From: Candidatus Eiseniibacteriota bacterium
Lineage (GTDB): Bacteria; Eisenbacteria; RBG-16-71-46; JABDJR01; JAWXBZ01
Assembly: GCA_034440375.1 (NCBI GenBank)
Contig: JAWXBZ010000191.1
Span: forward strand, 1 to 33,453
Reading direction: 5' to 3'
DNA length: 33,453 nt
This document shows positions 9,918 to 21,134 of the stretch, piece by piece. The notes under the pieces were generated by a model, which ran no database searches, was not told where the DNA came from, and saw only the letters and a program-made list of their open reading frames with translations. The translations under genes were made by a program, and so were the position numbers. Within the stretch, counting starts at the first letter, position 1. Each line of letters starts with the position of its first letter.

Positions 9918-10184
9918 ATGAGTTTTCCGGCGATGATCAATCGGCCGAGTGCCTTTCTTCCGATCGTGATGTCGCTGGCCGCGCTCGCCATTGTACTTGT
10001 TCACATCATCTTGTCCGGCGCGGCTCGTCAGGCCGATGAGGGCACGGCGGCGCATCTTTGGCAGCTGCTGATGGCGGCACAGATTCCAATCATTGCGTTT
10101 TTCGGCATTCGCCGGCTACCGCAGACTCGTATGAGAGGAACGGCTCCATTTCGTACCGGGTCGTGCAGATTGGCCTGGGACTGA
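9918..10184 (+). pseudogene. Small membrane protein, probably 3'-truncated where the 98-bp repeat begins (10124)
   Basis: SD GGGAGG and two TM helices around ADEGTAAHLWQLLM. The hydrophobic pattern ends at LPQT exactly where repeat copy 1 starts. Confidence 0.55.
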
Positions 10185-10221
10185 CTGTTCACTGACCCGA
10201 TGACTGATTGGGTCGAAGTCA
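10124..10221 (+). repeat. 98-bp direct repeat, copy 1
   Basis: 92/98 identical to 12022..12119 by manual alignment. Confidence 0.95.
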
Positions 10222-10285
10222 CCTGCACCGCCCCGGTTTGACCCGAGATTCGCCCTATCCCTCCCAAACCTACGAACTGACGGCG

Positions 10286-10317
10286 TTTCTGGCGCAGCCG
10301 ATTATTGTGACGCTACA
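10286..10317 (+). repeat. Solo IS right-end terminal repeat, copy 1
   Basis: TTTCTGGCGCAGCCGATTATTGTGACGCTACA matches 32436..32467. Upstream 10233-10269 also resembles about 32326-32363. Confidence 0.8.
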
Positions 10318-10334
10318 GGAGAGGACAGACTCTG

Positions 10335-10868
10335 CTATTTCTCGCTCCGGAAAAAAACGTCGACGGCCGCCACGACAGCCGACCGAGAGAGGTTCGGGTA
10401 GCGGGCAAATTCCGATTCCGGGATCTGCCCAACCAGCAAACGGAGCTGAGATTCATCAACCATGCCGCTGTCGACGAAGTGGCGGGCATCGTCCAGATCC
10501 CTTGTGAATCCGCGGACGATCTTGGCGAAAACCTGAGCGTACGGGTCATAGTGATGGAATGTCACGGGAGGGATCGTTTCGATCAGGACATGGCGTCCGG
10601 CAGTTCCCCGAAGTGCGGGGACGAAGTGCTCGGGACGGGCGAACTCAATATTGACGTTCAGGCGTTCCTTGATCCCCTGAACATCGTGAAAAACCTCCTC
10701 GCGATCCGAATAGAGATCGACATCGATGGAGGCGGCCCGCCAGCCGGAATAGACAGCCGTCCCTCCACCGACAAGGTAAACCTGAAAGGCGCCCCGTCGC
10801 GGTGGAGCGACCCGCGCAATTTCCTGCATGAGCGTGCGGAGCCGCTCGCGGGTCAGTTCATTTCGCAC
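10335..10868 (-). CDS. Nucleotidyltransferase-fold protein (DUF6036-like), putative toxin
   Basis: VYLVGGGTAV..GWRAASIDVDL (GG...DxD) and KIVRGFTRDLDD. GTG 10868 overlaps the end of the upstream gene. Confidence 0.75.
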   Translation of the reverse strand: MRNELTRERLRTLMQEIARVAPPRRGAFQVYLVGGGTAVYSGWRAASIDVDLYSDREEVFHDVQGIKERLNVNIEFARPEHFVPALRGTAGRHVLIETIPPVTFHHYDPYAQVFAKIVRGFTRDLDDARHFVDSGMVDESQLRLLVGQIPESEFARYPNLSRSAVVAAVDVFFRSEK

Positions 10869-11313
10869 GGCGGCGCCCATTCCGGGTAAGGGTCCGGCAG
10901 GCGTCCGCGAACGAGCTGATCTGCCGCAGGCAAGCCAGATACCGGGCATGCGCCAGTTCCCCTGCCGACCGTTCGAGGAGTCGGAAGAGCCGGATCTCGG
11001 CATCCTGAAGGATGGTCGCCGGCAACGGCAGCCCTTCGCGCCGGAGCCTGGGAGCAGCCAGCGAGACCATGAGGCTCTCCATCGATTCCTTCCCGGCCAC
11101 GAGATCGTCCAGCCCCGTGTCGACCGCCTCGCCGCCCGGGAGTCCGAGCGCCTCAAAGCGAGCATTCCCGAAACGCGCCTCGGTCCAACGCCGGAGCGCA
11201 GCTCTCCGGGCGATCGCCGTACGCTCGACTGGCAAGAGCCGCCCGGCACGCGTCCGCCCACCGCGCGCCCCGTGCCTCCGAAATTGCTCCCGAATGACCT
11301 CAGGCAGCTTCAT
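10858..11313 (-). CDS. Partner protein of the nucleotidyltransferase (putative antitoxin/regulator) with basic N-terminal module
   Basis: N-terminal GARGGRTRA..L.P.ERTAIARRAA..RW basic module followed by an LPGG...GL.DL..G.ES...APRLR...AH.RY domain; overlaps the NTase gene. Confidence 0.7.
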   Translation of the reverse strand: MKLPEVIREQFRRHGARGGRTRAGRLLPVERTAIARRAALRRWTEARFGNARFEALGLPGGEAVDTGLDDLVAGKESMESLMVSLAAPRLRREGLPLPATILQDAEIRLFRLLERSAGELAHARYLACLRQISSFADACRTLTRNGRRRAK

Positions 11314-11319
11314 GAATTA

Positions 11320-11349
11320 AGTTTATACCTAGGGGGTAAGCATTTTCAA
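11320..11349 (-). promoter_or_regulatory. Sigma-70-type promoter predicting a leaderless transcript
   Basis: TTGAAA-N18-TAAACT, then 6 nt to ATG 11313 with no SD. A TACC-N5-GGTA palindrome lies in the spacer. Confidence 0.6.
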
Positions 11350-11474
11350 GTTCTGAAAACTACCTCGCGGGCAATGATTCAATCTGCCGGCGGCCGCTCC
11401 TGCCGTTCCGGTTCATTCGAGAGGCTTTCCAAACGTAACCCTCTTCGGAGCCCTCGCACGGAACGGTCACTCCA

Positions 11475-12005
11475 TCAACGGCGGCGGAACTTGAGCGCCC
11501 CCCAGGTCACCGGCTGCACCGGTGTCACATCCGGGCAGGAGTAGAGGAGCGCGTAGTCAAACGCAAGGTACGACTCGCTCGGAGCGATGACCCTGATCAC
11601 AACCTGCCCGTCTGTCATTGAAGCCCACGGCACCGTCGCCGAGGCTTTCTGCACAAGTCCGTCCTCGCCCCCGCCCTGGGTGGTCAGCGGAACGATAGTG
11701 CCATCGACATCGATGCTAGCCGGGATGACGTCGTAGTCGCCGCACACCAGGTCAAGGCAGTTGTCCACGTCGTAGTCGGGATCGCCCGTTATAGGCACGG
11801 AGAATGAGGACGTGAACATCGCTCCGTGCGCGGCGGGGGCGGGTGTGAGCGAACGATCGGTCATCTGTGCACCGTTGGTGCTCGAGAATTCGGAGGGATA
11901 CCCGCGAGGGTGATCGCACAGGTTGCCGTGGACTTCATTGGCTTCACAAACTCGAGCTTCATGCCCACCTTCACCCGCAACACCGATGAGAATTTTCTTG
12001 AGCAT
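11475..12005 (-). pseudogene. Chimeric ORF: SRPBCC-like fragments fused to the C-terminal part of a secreted TW-x3-K protein
   Basis: MLKKILIGVA start, an out-of-frame VGMKLEFVKPMKSTATCAITL segment resembling SRPBCC proteins, then about 140 codons ending CPDVTPVQPVTWGALKFRRR. No intact signal peptide. Confidence 0.55.
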
Positions 12006-12021
12006 TGAAGCCCTTCTAGAG

Positions 12022-12119
12022 GACTCGTATGAAACGAACGGCTCCATTTCGTACCGGGTCGTGCAGATTGGCCTGGGACTGACCGTTCACTGACCAAATG
12101 ACTGAGTGGGTCGAAGTCA
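12022..12119 (+). repeat. 98-bp direct repeat, copy 2
   Basis: 92/98 identical to 10124..10221. Confidence 0.95.
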
Positions 12120-12155
12120 GCTGGAGACGGCCACCAATCGATGGAAAGACAGGGA

Positions 12156-12265
12156 TCACTTCAGTTTGTTCAATGCCGAGTGCTTACCCCACCGATCTCC
12201 GGGAGCCTTCAGGTAGTTTTTGACGACGTATCCCCAGGGCATCACGAGTGGAATCAACACAAGTG
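12156..12265 (-). pseudogene. C-terminal fragment of a membrane protein gene
   Basis: LVLIPLVMPWGYVVKNYLKAPGDRW-stop reads like a real protein C-terminus but has no plausible N-terminus. Confidence 0.35.
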
Positions 12266-12548
12266 ATCTCCCGATTGAAGGTGCTGGCGTCACCACTAAG
12301 ACACCATCCAGGCCCGAAAGGGGACATGAGGCCATCGCCGCCGCAATCACAACTGGCGGGGCAAGTGATTGAGCTGAAATGAGATCTGGTTGGTGAGCTG
12401 GCAGCCAACGTAGAACCCTTGTAGACAGCGACTTGGCGGCCCTGGAGCAAAGTCCGCTGGGAAAAGGCCCGCATCGCCCAGGAACGTGCCTATACTCCAG
12501 GAGGCGGGCCGAGCGTAATTACTCCTCAATATTCATGGGGGTGTCGCC

Positions 12549-13235
12549 ATGATTCGGCGAGCATGTGTCATCGCGATTCTCACGGCAGGTGTCGTTTTCA
12601 CGACCACAATCGCCCGGGCCCTCGTCCCTAACCCGGGACTCTGCGACATTCCGAGGCCATTTCAGATTCATTCCTCGACAGCGCTCACGAACGCTGTCCC
12701 ATCACATGCTGCCAAATACAACGTGCTGATCCTCTCGACAGGTGGACCGATCAATGCTTCATCGGTGGAAATCCGAATGACGATTCCGGGCGATACACTT
12801 ACTTGCTGGTGCGACGGCCAGGTCGGACCCAGACCGTATGTCTTTCGGGAGCGCACCAATGCAGCCGGTATCGCCCGTTTCGTGGTCGGTGGGGGAGGAT
12901 GCATCGAGTATGGGCTGCTCGCCATCCCTGGCCATCTGGACTACGTGGGTGAAGTCTTTGCCGATGGAGTTCGCCTGCAGGAAATTGGCCTCGTCTCGTC
13001 GGACGTCGTCGACAATGCCGGACGGCGGGCCACCGACAGCCCCCGCTGGAGTCCCGCCGGGGCCTGCGCCGCCGGCCTTGCCGATGCCGTGGAACACACG
13101 ACGGCGTTATCGACCAACACGTATGACTGGTGCACCGACTTCAATTGTGACAACGACGCCGGGGTTTCAGATGCAGTGATCGTGACGCCGTTTCTAGCCG
13201 GCGCGGCAAACTGTAGTGGCGCGTCCGGGCCGTAG
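12549..13235 (+). CDS. Secreted Cys-containing protein with dockerin/EF-hand-like C-terminus
   Basis: Signal peptide ending ...TIARA; the C-terminal YDWCTDFNCDNDAGVSDAV resembles a Ca-binding dockerin loop. Confidence 0.7.
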   Translation: MIRRACVIAILTAGVVFTTTIARALVPNPGLCDIPRPFQIHSSTALTNAVPSHAAKYNVLILSTGGPINASSVEIRMTIPGDTLTCWCDGQVGPRPYVFRERTNAAGIARFVVGGGGCIEYGLLAIPGHLDYVGEVFADGVRLQEIGLVSSDVVDNAGRRATDSPRWSPAGACAAGLADAVEHTTALSTNTYDWCTDFNCDNDAGVSDAVIVTPFLAGAANCSGASGP

Positions 13236-13314
13236 ACAGCGTTTGTCGACTTCGCTGGGCCAATTCCGTTAGTGACCCACTTCGGCGTCACCGGAATCCG
13301 ACTCGATGTCACCG

Positions 13315-13572
13315 CCGGGACGCGGCGTAGGATCGATTCGTCGGAATAACAGGTTCAATCGGCTGCCCGCTGCCCAATCTCCAGGTGGACGGGCCCGGTA
13401 AGCCGTGTCGTTAGGCGTCCTTCGGGCCCGATTCAATCTGATTTCATAGTGCCATCCCCCGGAATGACGCCCAGTATCCCGGCCGGACTTCTACGGTGTC
13501 GCATCACACCGGCGGCCACGGACCGCATGAAGGCAGCACTTCTGACGCGGCCGAATATTTTAACCCTGCGGG
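13315..13572 (+). mobile_element. Solo right-end segment (about 258 bp) of the integrase-core IS
   Basis: Colinear with 32213..32469 from the last transposase codons (RDAA-stop) to the terminal repeat CTTCTGACGCGGCCGAATATTTTAACCCTGCG at 13539-13570. Confidence 0.85.
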
Positions 13573-13640
13573 ACAATCGTTGCCGCCGGCCCGGTTCTTC
13601 GAGCCGGCGGCAACTCTGGTTCTTGACTACCGGGAGAAGC

Positions 13641-14339
13641 CTACTGCGACCGGGATCCCGTGAGTGACTTGATCCGGCTCCACGTCGCGCCTTCGATCGG
13701 GGTGGGACAATGGTCGAAGATCAGTTCCACGTCGTCGATGTAGGCCGGAACGCCGCCCGCCGTCGAGTTGACGAGGAACACCTGCGCCAGGATGTACTTG
13801 GTGTCCACAGGAATGGCGACGCAGTTCACCACGACCTGCTGCCAGGTACCCGCATCCGCATCGAGCCCGAGGACGTTGTTGACCAGGAGCGTATGGGTGG
13901 GCCAGCCGTTCGGGCTGTTGAAGGTCCTGATGTCCACCCCGATCGTCGCACCGGGCGACAGGGCGCAGGTGTTACCCCACGCGCGAAGGCTCACCAGGGT
14001 CGGTGGCCCGGCCGAGACGTCCACTGCCTGCCAGGCCTGGCTGTGGGAACCGCCGCCCACATTGAGCTGGAGCATGTACGGATTGCTTCGCGGCCCGAGG
14101 CCGCAGGTGTTGACAGTGACAATCGAGGCATCCTCGGCGCCCCAGAAACCGTACTGGGCCGGAGGGCCGACGACAGTACCGAAATTGAACATCGGCCCGG
14201 CGGGACCGGCGTCGAAGCCGGGATTCACGAGCTGTGCGCCGGCCGGACCGGCCGCCCCCAGAAGGACCGTCAGTATGACTGGAATCATGAACCTTCTGGC
14301 CGGGACAAAAAGGGATTCTCTTCGAGACGCAATCTGCAT
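13641..14339 (-). CDS. Secreted protein with CBM-like jelly-roll features and C-terminal TW-x3-K motif
   Basis: ATG 14339 after AGGAAGGA, signal peptide ending ...PAGA-QLVNPGFD, YIDDVEL, ends CPTPIEGATWSRIKSLTGSRSQ. Confidence 0.8.
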   Translation of the reverse strand: MQIASRRESLFVPARRFMIPVILTVLLGAAGPAGAQLVNPGFDAGPAGPMFNFGTVVGPPAQYGFWGAEDASIVTVNTCGLGPRSNPYMLQLNVGGGSHSQAWQAVDVSAGPPTLVSLRAWGNTCALSPGATIGVDIRTFNSPNGWPTHTLLVNNVLGLDADAGTWQQVVVNCVAIPVDTKYILAQVFLVNSTAGGVPAYIDDVELIFDHCPTPIEGATWSRIKSLTGSRSQ

Positions 14340-14562
14340 GGAGTTGGTCCTTCCTGGGCGCCGATTGCCGCCTGCGTGCTGGCGGCACCGGAACCGCGTC
14401 GCGGGCAGAGAACAGCACAACGGGGATGCGGCGCGTTTCTCAAACCCATGGTGTGGTGGTGCCAGAGAGCTGGCCTCGTCGATGATGCTGGACAGGGCTC
14501 GAAAGCCGCCCATTCCCGGGGTCCGTGCGGATCCGGTGGTCCCCCCGTTCCCGCGTCTGGAG

Positions 14563-14740
14563 CGTAGGATGAAGATACTCCGCCGAAAGCCAACTGTCGA
14601 GTTTTTAGTTGGAAGCGGTTCGTCTGGCCCGGAGGGGCGAGGCTTCCCTGGCTCAGATTGCCGGGCGGATGGCTCGCGGCGGACTTCACTGACCGCGGGA
14701 TGACACCAACTCTGGCGCGGCTGGATATTTTGACCTTACG
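14563..14740 (+). mobile_element. 178-bp MITE-like derivative of the integrase-core IS
   Basis: Left end CGTAGGATGAAGATACTCCGCCGAAAGCCAACTGTCGA resembles 31380-31417, the right end at 14709-14740 resembles 32436-32467, and GGAG flanks both sides (14559-62 and 14741-44). Confidence 0.75.
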
Positions 14741-14802
14741 GGAGCCCCGGCAGAAGCGAGTGGACCAACTGCTTACGGTTGACATGATCCTACAGTCGGC
14801 GA

Positions 14803-17469
<2,667 letters not shown>

Positions 17470-17911
17470 GCAAGCTCCGCGATGAAGTCCAACACCAATG
17501 TCGGCATGCGATCTCTCCCTGGTTTTGATCGGGCCCCGGCCGCGCCCGGACGGTCGCACGATACATGAGGCCCCGGCCGTGGGGAAAGGCTCCACGAAAG
17601 CTTCTGGCGTCTACGCGGTGAAACAGCGTCGCCCACCGGGGGCTGTTGTAGTTGGAGGTTTCACAAGGCTATTTTCGGTAGCCGTCCTCGTTGCTGGCGA
17701 TGGCGTCTTTGTGCCAATTGTCGAGGAAGTCCAGCGGCGAGGAGTGATGGTCGTAGTGGCAGAACTTGGCCGACTCCTGGATCCGGAGTTGACCCGGTTT
17801 CCATGAGGACATGCTACAAATCCACCGCGCCTGACCGCTTTCCAGAAGACTCCATTCGTCATTCCTCCCGCCGTTCGCCAGTCCCTCAGTAACTCTCCCT
17901 CCGGGTTAGCG

Positions 17912-17942
17912 AAAAACCCCGAGGGCTCTCGCTCTCGGGGTT
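17912..17942 (-). terminator. Rho-independent terminator
   Basis: Minus strand CCCCGAGAGC-GAGA-GCCCTCGGGG-TTTTT downstream of 18029..20803. Confidence 0.7.
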
Positions 17943-17984
17943 CGTCGTTAACCATAGTGTCGCGGATAGTTTGCGGTTTTTGTC

Positions 17985-18023
17985 TGCCGGGGCCGGTCCG
18001 CCAGGTGCGGACCGGCTCCGGCA
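17985..18023. other. Strong 17-bp hairpin just after the stop of 18029..20803
   Basis: TGCCGGGGCCGGTCCGC-CAGGT-GCGGACCGGCTCCGGCA. Confidence 0.7.
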
Positions 18024-18028
18024 TTGTG

Positions 18029-20803
18029 TTACTTGACGAGCATCAACCGGTAGACGATCGACTCATGGCCGACCGTCAGCCGGGCGATATACATGCCGCT
18101 GGACCATCCGTCCGGCGCCAGCAGCAGCTCGTTCGACTCGGCCGTCACGACTCCGTCGAACAGATGGGCTACGGGACGACCGGCGGCGTCGAACACGTCG
18201 ATCACAGCCTGCTGACCGACCTGGTCGGGCCGGGCCGTCCAGCGGAGGACGGCCGTCGGGTTGAACGGGTTGGGAACTGCCGCCAGCGACAGCTGGCGGG
18301 TCGGCACCGATCCGGCCCGATTCAAGCTCCGCACGGCCTCATCGTTGTCAGGACAGACGAAACCGGCGTTGCTGGAGGGGCAGGTCATCCCGAAGTTCGC
18401 GAACGGGCCATTTTCCCCGCCCTCGCACGGACGACCACGGACACCGGTACCGTTGTTGATGGCGTCGGCAATCCCGATAGCCTCGGACAACTGCGAGTCG
18501 CTGGCATCAGATTGATTGAGAATCTCCTCGATGTCGTCGATCGCTTCGCCGATGGTGCCCTCGAAAGTGCCGTTGTCGATCGGTGTATCAAGATCGACGA
18601 GACCCATCGCCACGTTGAGCAGCAGGGCCAGGTACTGGATCTCCGCCATGTCGCGCTGCGTCATGGGACGGGGGCCTTCGAGCTCGCACCCGAGGGCGTC
18701 GAAGAGATCGCCGTCGTCAAGATTGGCCAGGCTGACCACGGTGACCGTCGATCCGTCGTTGGTCCGGAACGAAACCAGGTCGGTCAGCTGGATGACCTCG
18801 CGCCAGAGCCGCTGCATGTCAGTGGCGTCCGCCCCGTCGGCCTCGCAGATCTTCCGGCTTCCGCCCGACTTCTGCTGCGTCTGCTGGCGCCAGAAGCCGA
18901 TCGTCCGCGGACAGACTTCCGCGAGCGGTGAATCGCAGTCGGTACTGATCAGGATGTCGACCACGTCAGTGGCGTTGGCACATGCCAGCCCGGCCGTATC
19001 GGCCGGCGTGGTGCTGGCCGGGTAGGACGTGGCGCGCAGGACCAGCGGTGACGGATTGCCCGAGGACGGCAAGGTCCGCGACGCCGTCACCTGGACCGTA
19101 TTGCCGGAGGCCAGGTTGTTGAACACCGTCGGGGTCAGCAGCCAGCCGGCCGTCGGTGTCTTTACATAGACATCGACGGAGGCTTCACCCTGGTTCTCGA
19201 CTGTGAACGATACCGTGATCGGCTCTCCCGGGCAGCCTTCGCCTTGCGGCGGCGCAACCAGCGACAGCGGCCCACAGGACCCGCCGACCGGGCATACGAT
19301 GCAATTGATCCGCGTGTCCCCCGCGACGTCCACCGCGCAGCTGTCCCCGGTCAGGGTCCAGGCGCTGTTGACGACCGTCAGGAACTCGCCCGGCCCGCAG
19401 TCCGCCGGCACCACGCACGTCACCGTGCTGATCCGCGACTGGCCCGGGTTCAGGTTGAAGTTGAAGGGTTCAACGGTGTTCACGATCTGCCCGTTGCAGG
19501 CCGCCACCATGTTGACGTTGAACGCCACGCTACCGCAATTTCTCACCGTGAACGGAACTTCGACGGTCTCGCCCGCGCAGGCTTCGATCGCCGGGGGGTT
19601 GTTGACCGTCACACAAGGCGCCGGACTGAGCGCGATGGTGACCACGTCGCTGGCGTTGGCACACGCCACCCCGGCCGTATCGGCCGGCGTGGTGCTGGCC
19701 GGGTAGGACGTGGCGTGTAGCACGAGCGCCGGCGGATTGCCGGAGGGCGGCAAGGTCCACGACGCTGTCACATTCACCGGATTTCCGGAGGCCAGGTTGT
19801 TGAACACCGTCGGGCTGAGGAGCCAGCCCGCGGTCGGTGTCCTCACGTAAACGTCGACAGGGGCTTCGCCCTGATTCTCAACCGTGAACGATACCGTGAT
19901 CGCCTCTCCCGGACACCCACCACCTTGGGGCGGCGCGACCAGGGCCAGAGGACCACAGGACCCGGCGACCGGGCATACGATGCAGTTGATCCGGGTGTTT
20001 CCCGTGATGTCCATCGCGCAGCCCCCGTCGCTCTTGGCCCAGGCGCTGTTGACCACCGTCAGGAACTCACCGGGCTGGCAGTCCTTCGGCACCACGCACG
20101 TCACCGTGCTGATCCGCGACTGGTTGGGGTTCAGGTTGAAGTTGAACGGCTCGACCGTATCCACGATCTGGCCGTTGCAGGCCGCCATCATGTTGACGTT
20201 GATCGCCACGTTGCCGCAGTTCCGCACCGTGAACGGGATTTCAACCGTCTCGCCGGGACAGGCCTCGATCGCCGCCGGGTTGTTGACCGCGACACACGTT
20301 TCGCCGCAATCGACGCGGACGTCGGCGGTCGTCGAATCGACGCAGCCGGGGTTCTCGAGCAGCGACGCCACCGCCTTGACGTCGATGTCGAGCGGACCCT
20401 TGCACGTCGCGGGAATCGCGCATGTGACCGTCACGTTCGACTTTTCACCGGGCGTAAGATCGAGCGTGGCCGGCGTTACCGGCACAGTCTGCCCGTTGCA
20501 GGTGGCGGTCAAGACGTAATGCTGAACGGCTCCGTCGCCACCGCCGCGCTTGCCGACCGGGCGAATCCCGCCGCGGAGGCTGGCCTTATTGACGTTGCAA
20601 TTCTCGATCACGAACGTGCCGGTGTACGTGCCACTGGCACATGCGGTCGTGTCATTCGGCGCCGTGATATCGAGGCAAACTTCGCGGCAAGGCGGCTGGG
20701 CCTGGGACGGATGTGCGGTCAGCAGGAGCAGCAGAACGGCGGTGACGATGACGCCCAGGCGGCCGTAAATCGTCGAACGTGAACAGTGAAACTCGGTGCG
20801 CAT
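18029..20803 (-). CDS. Large secreted Cys-rich Ig-like repeat protein with T9SS/FlgD-like C-terminal domain
   Basis: ATG 20803 after a G-rich SD, signal peptide ending ...PSQA-QP, two repeats with a 227-aa period, and C-terminal PNPFNPT...DVFDAAGR.V..L...SSGMYIARL. Confidence 0.85.
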   Translation of the reverse strand: MRTEFHCSRSTIYGRLGVIVTAVLLLLLTAHPSQAQPPCREVCLDITAPNDTTACASGTYTGTFVIENCNVNKASLRGGIRPVGKRGGGDGAVQHYVLTATCNGQTVPVTPATLDLTPGEKSNVTVTCAIPATCKGPLDIDVKAVASLLENPGCVDSTTADVRVDCGETCVAVNNPAAIEACPGETVEIPFTVRNCGNVAINVNMMAACNGQIVDTVEPFNFNLNPNQSRISTVTCVVPKDCQPGEFLTVVNSAWAKSDGGCAMDITGNTRINCIVCPVAGSCGPLALVAPPQGGGCPGEAITVSFTVENQGEAPVDVYVRTPTAGWLLSPTVFNNLASGNPVNVTASWTLPPSGNPPALVLHATSYPASTTPADTAGVACANASDVVTIALSPAPCVTVNNPPAIEACAGETVEVPFTVRNCGSVAFNVNMVAACNGQIVNTVEPFNFNLNPGQSRISTVTCVVPADCGPGEFLTVVNSAWTLTGDSCAVDVAGDTRINCIVCPVGGSCGPLSLVAPPQGEGCPGEPITVSFTVENQGEASVDVYVKTPTAGWLLTPTVFNNLASGNTVQVTASRTLPSSGNPSPLVLRATSYPASTTPADTAGLACANATDVVDILISTDCDSPLAEVCPRTIGFWRQQTQQKSGGSRKICEADGADATDMQRLWREVIQLTDLVSFRTNDGSTVTVVSLANLDDGDLFDALGCELEGPRPMTQRDMAEIQYLALLLNVAMGLVDLDTPIDNGTFEGTIGEAIDDIEEILNQSDASDSQLSEAIGIADAINNGTGVRGRPCEGGENGPFANFGMTCPSSNAGFVCPDNDEAVRSLNRAGSVPTRQLSLAAVPNPFNPTAVLRWTARPDQVGQQAVIDVFDAAGRPVAHLFDGVVTAESNELLLAPDGWSSGMYIARLTVGHESIVYRLMLVK
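18959..20296 (-). repeat. Intragenic tandem duplication, 681-bp period
   Basis: 19640..20296 and 18959..19615 encode near-identical CV.VNNP.AIEAC...ANA.DVV units. Confidence 0.95.
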
Positions 20804-21134
20804 GTGATCCCCCCAATGGCCAGGCCATCGTTGTCCGTTACAAGTGTGAGGTACGAGAGAGAAGTCATGCGGCCGGTTGTCCACGGAGCCGATGCAGGCG
20901 CATCAGGAGCGGTCAAAGCCACTTTCCCCCCCAGCGATTCGAAGGCACGTTGTTCAGTAGCTAGGCCTTACCGCAGGATGGCGTCTAACTTGGCCAGTCG
21001 TTCGTCGCCGTCCTTGGATTGAGGTGAACCGACATGTATCAGGAAGCTAAGCCCCGCCACCTGCCACACGAGCTACAGAAACTCGGTGCGGAATTGGGAT
21101 AAGTCATCTATCCCGAGATCCTTTACGCCTCATT

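Noticed and set aside
10124-10221. 98-bp repeat as group II intron domain V/VI or CRISPR repeat
   Set aside because: GAGCCG on the minus strand is not followed by a domain V stem, and there are only two long copies with no spacer array or cas genes.
13344-13416. attC-like site (TAAC...CGGTAAGCCGTGTCGTTAGGC)
   Set aside because: The R and L boxes do not pair with correct spacing, there is no intI in the window, and the segment is explained as part of the IS right end homologous to about 32242-32314, where GTTAGGC is not conserved.
20788-21090. 13-bp direct repeat GAAACTCGGTGCG at 20788 and 21078
   Set aside because: A short exact match of this length can arise by chance in GC-rich DNA, and one copy is coding.
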